The notes below the pieces were generated by a model that saw only the letters and a program-made list of their open reading frames with translations, searched no databases and was not told the DNA's origin. Position numbers and translations under genes: made by a program. Source: Leucoraja ocellata (Eukaryota). Taken from it: a DNA stretch of 64,000 nucleotides. Below, piece after piece: positions 1 to 64,000 of this stretch. The DNA lies in the NCBI GenBank assembly GCA_036785375.1, contig JAWMAR010000049.1, positions 5,146,001 to 5,210,000 of the forward strand. The letters run 5' to 3'. Every line of letters starts with the position of its first letter. Position 1 is the first letter of the stretch.

Positions 1-410
1 CAACAACCTCCAAACCTTCCTTGTCAAATATTTATCTGCCTGTGCCTTGAAAATAGTATGAGACCATGAGTAGTCAACTTGGTAACTTCCTCTGAACTCT
101 CTCTGGTGCATGTATGTACATTGCTTCTCAAATAAAGAAACAAAATATTCCAAGCATGATCTCACCAATACACTTGTGGCAAGACCTCCTCCTCCTATAG
201 TCGATCATTTTTGCAATAAAGACAAATCATTTGGATTTCAAATGTGTCTGCATGCTAAATTCCTCTGTTTGATCTAGGAGGATGCCCAGATCTCTCTGTA
301 TGGTGGTATTCTGCTGTCACTCTCCGTTCTAACAATACTTTGTATTTTCTGTTCTAAATGGATAACCTCACATTTCCCTAAATTACTCTCCAACTTCCCA
401 AACTTTGCCC
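1..410 (-). mobile_element. Old decayed CR1-type LINE fragment
   Basis: aaatggataacctcacatttccc...actttgccc is the reverse complement of the CR1 WAxxWQMxFNxxKCEVxHF region. Confidence 0.55.
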
Positions 411-2214
411 TTTTTTTTTTTTTTTTACACCAATGGTGACAAAGGCAAAGGTTCTTTTGTGTTATTCTGACCAGCTTTGAATGTCATTTACACAGCAGAA
501 TTTAAAGCAGCAGTTTTCAGGCTCATCTCTAAATTAATCAGTATTGTAAGTCTTCAAGTGTAGTTGCTTTGTTTACAATGCAGAATTCAAGGCTTGTCCT
601 TCTGTACAAGTGAAAAGTCTGCTTTTTACTGAGAATTGGGTAGGATAGGTGTGTGGAGGCAAAATGAGGACGTGTGACCATTAATACTCTGTCTCTGAGT
701 TGGTTGGTTGGTTATTCCAGGTAGGACTGGTTAGTGAGTGTTGTGTTTTCATTTGAAACAAATTCCATATTCTTCTTTAAACAAACAGAACTATTTATTT
801 TGTGTAAGAATAAATGGAGCCTGAATCTGGAATCAATCAGAAATTACCATTTTGGAAAGAGAGCAGGTGAAGAAATAATTGACATTTTGTACATGCTTCC
901 CTATACTTCTAAAAGTCTGATCTTATTCAAGTTTAATATTTTTGGCAACTGTCCTCAACTGCCCGACCCTCCTGAAATCATCCCACTTTCCCAACTCTTT
1001 ATTTCTTCAAGAATATCCTTTCACTTTAATCAACTTTTGGTCTGTCCCAATATATAATGTGCCCTGATAGAGTATTTTGTTCGATAATTCTTCTGTCAGC
1101 TTGCCTTGGAAAGAACTATCAAAGATATGCGTACTTCCCTTCTGTAAACATATTATCTGGGGCATGTGATGACATTGTCATTCGAATTTAAAAAAACACT
1201 CCACTCAAGAACTTGGGTTCCCTTTTTTTTTGTCTCTACGATCACATTTGGTGACGAGCAAAGATAGATAAAATAATTGATTACGTAATAGGAATTTTGA
1301 CGACTGCTAGTTGTAATCACGTTCATTGGATACTTTAGGTTCCTCTTTCATAGTTATTTGTGTGGTTCCTTTTGGGGCTTCCCCAACAAATCATGAACCC
1401 ATGTGTACTTAAACACTGTAGACAGATTTGGAGGGAGCTATTCCTTGACGGTACACATATTTAAAGAGAAATTCATAATTGACTTTACGCAGGTTGGTGT
1501 AAAATACATTTGTAATGTCTGCCCTGAGGGCTGATAACAATATGTGTGCTTGATATAAAAAAAGACTCCACTTAGAATAAGAAAAAGCTTAAGGATTATA
1601 TGAAGAATGGTGGTACGTGTGGTAAGTAATAGTTTTACTTCATTAATTCATGTGAATATGTTCACTGAAACTAATTTGTACCTTCAAAAAATTTTAATAA
1701 TCAGAACTCATAAGTTGTGTGAGGCATCCTAAGGCACGTTGGCTACCTTGAAAGCACAGTGCAAATGCATATTCTGACATTATACAGTGATATTTTTAAT
1801 TGGATTGTTTAATGATGCATGTATGTAAGTGGTTGCAGTATCATTTAAAAAGCTTCTATAATGAGGAATTGTTATCAACATGGCCCAGTTTGAGTTTTTA
1901 CAATTATAGCTTTATTTTGGTACTTTTGCTGCGTGCAATAGCCAATTTCTGTGGTTACAACTGTACTTTTTTATCAAGCCACAGAGAGCATCGTGTATGA
2001 AATATCTGGGTTTATGGATTGCAGATTGAATTTTTTTTTCCTGCTATCTCATGTACATTTCATCCCATCACATCACTGAATGGAACTAGCCGAGAGACAT
2101 CATAATGATGAGTAGTGCGGTTTAGTTAATGTAATAGTGCAACTGTTAAAAGGTAAGATTATACAGAAGCATAAGGCAAAATAGTTGGATACTATTGACA
2201 TCCTTGATAAACTT

Positions 2215-2445
2215 ACTATGGCAAAGGCCACTTGGTTCATGGAGTCTATGCCAGCTTCCACCAGTTTAATATGTCCCAGTACTCGCTTTATCCCCCTGTA
2301 GACATGCAACTTCTTTCACATGGCCACCAACTATTCCTTTTGATTCTTTTACCTCTCACCTACAAAAATGGGCGACTTGCAGTCCAGTTAACTTATCAGC
2401 ATATCTTTTGAATGTCACTGGGAACCAAAGCACCCAAAGGAAGGT
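2215..2445 (-). mobile_element. Decayed V-SINE/HE1-like SINE
   Basis: Resembles the reverse complement of the SINE at 6776-7081 (aaggcc...tggttcat tail; gggaaccaaagcaccca V-domain-like). Confidence 0.5.
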
Positions 2446-3295
2446 TTTAGCATTGATCAATACTTTGAATATGGCCAGAAGAATTAGCTGAACAACATAT
2501 AAAATATGCCATTTCTCCTTCAGGAAATTTAATAACATTGGGTTCGTAAGTTTGGTAGCCATTGAGATTGCTGAAAATTCCACCATTATTACCAAATTAA
2601 TTGAATACCAATCTTTTGGTGGTAAAACAATGGCAGAAATAGAATAGTGAGCTGGTGCCTGGTCTGCACTTTATACATAGCACAATATGCAGATCATTCG
2701 TAGCTGATTATGACTGGAATCTTCCATCTGAGATAGATTAACTGAACACATAAATATAAATAAATTAAATAAAAAAATAATGTGATTCTTAAAGGTTGTG
2801 TTTGAAGTACTCCAATCATTCCTCAGCCAGGAACAATAAACTGATCGACCACAGTCTATAAAGCATAGAGAAAAATTCAGCAAATCATAATTTAATAACA
2901 TATTGCATATTGTTCCGTCAAAATGGACAAGATAAAAATAAGTGGAAGAACTATTTTTGCACTTTGAGTAGCTTTGTTTTCTACCAGTGTGTTGTGATTT
3001 CCCTGAGGAAGCTGGGAAAATTGAAAGTTTCATGTGTTGTCAGAGATGAAGCAGAAAGCGAGTAGGTAGAGCAAAGGGGAAGATACAGAGTGCATTTTAG
3101 TGCATCAGTTCCATAGACAATACTGAACAATATCAAATTCTGCTTCCGTGAATTTTCCCCTACCACTTCCAAATATGCTTAATCTGAGTAAGTACTAGGT
3201 CTATTCCCCTCATGGAAAGCAATCCGGCAAAGACTATACCCCCCCCCCCCCCCCCCCCCTATCCTACTCCAGCTTTATTACATTTGTTATGTGTG

Positions 3296-3612
3296 NNNNN
3301 NNNNNNNNNNNNNNNNNNNNNNNNNNNNNNNNNNNNNNNNNNNNNNNNNNNNNNNNNNNNNNNNNNNNNNNNNNNNNNNNNNNNNNNNNNNNNNNNNNNN
3401 NNNNNNNNNNNNNNNNNNNNNNNNNNNNNNNNNNNNNNNNNNNNNNNNNNNNNNNNNAACGTATNNNNNNNNNNNNNNNNNNNNNNNNNNNNNNNNNNNN
3501 NNNNNNNNNNNNNNNNNNNNNNNNNNNNNNNNNNNNNNNNNNNNNNNNNNNNNNNNNNNNNNNNNNNNNNNNNNNNNNNNNNNNNNNNNNNNNNNNNNNN
3601 NNNNNNNNNNNN
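3296..3612. other. Assembly gaps (N runs 3296-3457 and 3465-3612, with a 7-nt island AACGTAT)
   Basis: Runs of N. Confidence 0.99.
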
Positions 3613-4894
3613 ATAGTTTTCCACATTTTTCTCATGTCCAGTTTCACTTAGAACAATATGCAATAGGTTATTAAATTATGATGTGCTGAAATGTTCTCCA
3701 TGCTTTATATAGACTGTGATGGGTCAGTTTATTAATTCTTCCTGAGAAATGATTAGAATACTTTAAACACTCCCTTAAAGAATCACATTTTTTTTAAGAT
3801 TGTTATATTTATTATAGACGAATCTAGTAACATTCCGGTGTTTGCAGATATATGGCGTAAAGGTAGTCGGTTAAGGAAAATTTGTGATCTGCTTTTGACC
3901 CAAATCAAAATGAATCTTCAACCTAGCATTCACAAGGAAGTTTACATCCACTTCCACAACATCATCTCATTTCAGTGAAACACATCCTCAACTTCTCTAA
4001 AGATCTGAACCTTTTCCAGAATCCCATCTTCTGCAACTACTTCATGCGCAACACTTGTCCGACACATTTTTGTTCTACTTTCTGACCACATTAGCTGCAA
4101 ATGTTTGTACACTTAAAATTGCCAATTTAAAATTTGAATTACTGAAGATTTTGTCTTTTTTTGTGAAATGTAATATGATATGATATTTAGTAATATGATA
4201 TTTAGGATGAATAAAAAACAAAATAATCCCTTAAAGTGATCATTAAAAATATTGTGGAAAAACTTGCGAAATATTTATATTTCAAAGTAGTTTACTTTGT
4301 CACCACAATGCTAATGAGAGAGTTCTTAAATTTTCTTAAAATTGGTGTGAAAGTTGGAATACCTGATTATCTACAATGTTGAAATGGATATCCCAGTGCA
4401 TTTGTCAGAAGAACAAAAGCGGAAAGTCAGCTTCTTTGAGACTAAGTTCCCTAACATGGTAATGTTATAGTTCTAGAATTTACCAAGCAAGTCTCGGCAG
4501 GCATTTTTCCATTTCATAGATGTATATGGTAAGCATATCTGCTAGAATTCCAAAAGGTTGAGGTATTAAGTACTGGTTAATTGACGCATATATATTGCTG
4601 ACTGGTCTATTTTTATTTCTAAATTTACTTTCAATTAGGAATATTTCAAATTATAACACAATCTTGCTGGAAAACAGTTTTCTTTTGCCTGTACCTCCAT
4701 AAGTCTAATTTTTTTTCAGGATTCCCACACATTTTGCTGGAGTTTTGGAAACAATTTCCTGGCTAAGCATGGACATTTTCTTGTCACTATGAAATTTTCA
4801 ACAACATTATTTTGTTTAGAAGCCTGTGACATTAAATATTGACCAAATCAAATATTTAATATTCATTTTGATTCCTTTGTTCATCCTTGCAATC

Positions 4895-5245
4895 GTTTTG
4901 ATCTTTGAGATATACAAAATCATGAGAGGAATAGATCGGGTAGACTCACAGTGTCTCTTGCCCACAGTAGGGGAGTCAAGAACCAGAGGACATAGGTTTA
5001 AGGTGCGAGGGAAAGATTTAATAGGAACCTGAGAGGTAACTTTTTCACACATAGGGTGATGGGTGTTTGGAACGAGTTGCTGGAGGAGGTAGTTGAGAAC
5101 GTTTAAGAAACATTTAGACCGGTACAAAGATAGGACAGGATTAGAGGGATATTGACCAAATGCAGGCAGGTAGGACGTGCAGAAGGGACATGGTGGCCAA
5201 GTTGGGCCGAAAAGCCCGTTTTCACATTGTCGGACTCTATGACCC
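4895..5245 (+). mobile_element. CR1/HER1-like LINE 3' fragment
   Basis: YKIMRGIDRVDSQ..ESRTRGHRFKVRG translation; ends with gggccgaa..gactctatga tail. Confidence 0.88.
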
Positions 5246-6639
5246 TATTTCCAATTGAGGCTGAGATTTTTGAAGAAAAGCTTTAAATTCACATAAAAGG
5301 AAATTAACATTCCAATTATTTAGCATATTAATTGCACCCATTGGTATGTATGAGGTCATGTTATGTATATAAAAAAAAATAATGTACTTATTTCACCTTG
5401 CATGCTGTAGGGTGCCTGTCAATATTTGGAGATTACTCTAAGGAATTATATTCTTATTTGTCTACAGCAGGAGACTCTTGAATTTTAAAGGGAGTTTACT
5501 AATATTAAAATAAGCCCTATAAGGCAATCGCAACACAAATAACATAATTTTCAGTCATTTTTTAAATTGTAATGGCAAAGCTTTGTTATGATTTCAACCT
5601 GAAACGAGCATTAATCTTTGAGTTACACTTGGAGGTGATTTAACACCACATTACGAAGCTGCTGTCAGTCTTCAGGTTTGCCTACAATGTGGATATTTCC
5701 ACTGCAATCACTGAAATATATTGAATTTTAATGAGCCTAAGCTTTTTTTGTGAATTGGACTTGATTCAAATTACTCTGAAAATGCCATAAGATTTGCACA
5801 AGTGCCAAGTGAAATTATAAATAGGTCTAAGCTGTGATTAGAGATCTACAACATTCTCTGAGCCATAACAATAATTTATGTAAATGGATTATTTCCTCAA
5901 AAAAATCAAAACTCAATGGGTTCTTCATCAAACTGCTGGTATTAACCCTCAGGGGTAAAAGGATTCCCAAGCTTTCAGATTTAAGCTTTGTCAACCATTT
6001 TCTGGCTACACTTTGCTATTATACTCACTGTGGGCTCCGGCCCATATTTGAATTTCAACCACAAATCCACTCAGTGGGGTGAAAATAATCTCGGCATTCA
6101 CCCTCTTGGATTGAGTTTATGAATTGCTTGTTATTGAATAAAGAAATTGGTGATTAATTTCTAAGACATTTTGCTTCCACATCCTATTTCTGTGCTTTAA
6201 TGTGTTTCTTAATTTTTGATTTCAAATACCAATTGGTATTGTTGAGGTCGCTGTACTGAAAGGACCTTTGTGGTGATGAGCACTTTTTTTTCAGAATACC
6301 GAATGATTTCTTAAAAATGATTGTTTTATTATGACTACACTATTAGTTATCTCTCATCTAATTTTTCTCTAGAATTCAATACATACTTTAAATGTTTAGT
6401 TATTACATATTTTTATAGGTGTTGCCAAAGCAGCTTTCTGTAGTATGAAGATTATAAACTATGTCTAATAGTTTGCATAATATTTTAAATCATTTTTAAA
6501 ATGCGCTTCTTTAAACTTAGTTGTTATTGACGTAATACTGAAACATGAATATTTCATAGAATATCTCATTTGAAACTGAAATACAGCAGAGCACATTCCT
6601 CAACCTAAGTAACCATGCTGCTATTTGTGTTCACCATAA

Positions 6640-7305
6640 TGATGCCTGGATTAGGGGGAATTAGCTACAGGGAGAGGTTGAACAGATTTATATTGTTTTC
6701 TCTGGAATGCTGGTCTGATAGAAGTATTTAAAATTGAGACCTAGGATAGACAGTCAGAATCTTTTTCCAAGAATGGGTAGCACAAAGTTGCTGCCTTGCA
6801 GCGTCAGAGACTCTGGTTCAATCCTGACTATGGGTGGCTATGCACGGAGTTTTTACGTTCTCCCTGTGATTGGGTGAGTTTCTTCCGGGTGCTCCGGTTT
6901 CCTCCCACATTCCAAAGACGTGGAGGTTTGTAGGTTAATTGACTTCTGTAAATTGCCCTGAGCGTGTAAGATGCGAAACTGGGATAAAATAGAACTAGTG
7001 TACAGGTGATCGTTGGTCAGCATGAACTAGGTGGGCCGAAGGGACTTGTTTCCATGCTGTATCTCTAAAACTAAAACTAAATACTAGGTTGGAGGTGAAA
7101 TAAGCAAAGTTTAAAGGTGATACGCAAGGTAACTTTTTTTTTTCAGAGGATGGCGAGTAAGTGGGACACGCTGCCAAGGATTGTGACTTTTGAGTAGGCA
7201 TATTAGATCTGTAGCGGATGACATACAAGTAAATAAGAGGTGTTTGGCATCATGTTTCTCACAGTCATTGTGAGCTGCAGGGTCTTGTGCTGTACTGTTC
7301 TATGT
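6640..7305 (+). mobile_element. Older CR1-like LINE 3' fragment interrupted by a SINE
   Basis: atgcctggattagggggaattagctacagggagaggttg (MPGL..SYRERL) upstream; resumes after the SINE with aagtttaaaggtgat...gtgctgtactgttctatg. Confidence 0.7.
6776..7081 (+). mobile_element. HE1-like tRNA-derived V-SINE
   Basis: B-box-like ggttcaatcc; V domain gggtgctccggtttcctcccacattccaaagacgtg; LINE-derived tail gggccgaaggg..tgtttcc; (CTAAAA)n end. Confidence 0.88.
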
Positions 7306-7464
7306 AAGCTGAATTCTGACCCATTAAAGAGACATCAGTGATAGTTCTAGTTACTTGTGATTTTAATTGTGCTCAAAGCCCGCATTTCAGTCTTGTAAAT
7401 CTTTTGGTCATGATGTATAGATTTTGCGCAAAAATTCTAGTTTGTCATTTTGGTTTTATTTTAG

Positions 7465-63739
<56,275 letters not shown>

Positions 63740-64000
63740 ATGTGTTCTTCCATTCACCAGATGCCATGTGTTTGCTCAAAGACTGGCAACAAAACACTCC
63801 AAGTTGAGAATTTCAGGGTTGGACAGGTTTTCTGCTCAAAATATGCTGCTTCTGCAAATTCTTTTATGTGATTATGAAGCACAAGAAAAACACGTAGACG
63901 TTGAAAACAGATGGTTATACTGATTTTTTTTTCTCTCTCTCTAGTTGCTCTTTGCAACTTGTGTCAGTAGCCAATGTGATCTGCTACCTCCTTTTCTTAA
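63740..64000 (+). other. USP32: USP32 3' UTR (start)
   Basis: Follows the stop codon; no AATAAA seen before the window end. Confidence 0.8.

Noticed and set aside
3212-3674. ORFs spanning the N runs
   Set aside because: Artefacts of the assembly gaps (X runs).

Overview
This is vertebrate genomic DNA, most likely from a cartilaginous fish (skate/ray/shark), inferred from HE1/V-SINE, HER1/CR1-type LINE, Rex1/Babar and Penelope-type repeats. The window holds 30 coding exons of USP32 (ubiquitin-specific peptidase 32) on the + strand. They run from the orthologue of human exon ~5 (GEKVNYEKF..., 7465) to the stop codon (63739), followed by the start of the 3' UTR; exons 1-4 appear to lie upstream. 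The joined exons give 4398 nt (1465 aa + stop) with consistent phases. They encode EF-hands, DUSP/UBL regions, an intact Cys box (GNTCFMN), an intact His box (GGGHY) and a C-terminal CaaX motif (CILQ). The introns are rich in transposons: a young 5'-truncated Rex1/Babar LINE with an open RT frame, many CR1/HER1 and L2 fragments, V-SINEs, a DeuSINE-like relic, Tc1 IR/DR ends, and two PIF/Harbinger MITEs sharing a TIR. They also contain short Penelope-like termini with minimal hammerhead-ribozyme-like cores. Splicing oddities are a GC-AG intron, an in-frame alternative donor, and a second phase-compatible donor/acceptor pair. I see no strong evidence for a wholly new gene system; the best leads are the hammerhead-bearing short retroelements, the Harbinger MITE pair and the splicing features. 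Exon numbers follow human USP32 from memory, and repeat family names come from motif recognition, not database searches.
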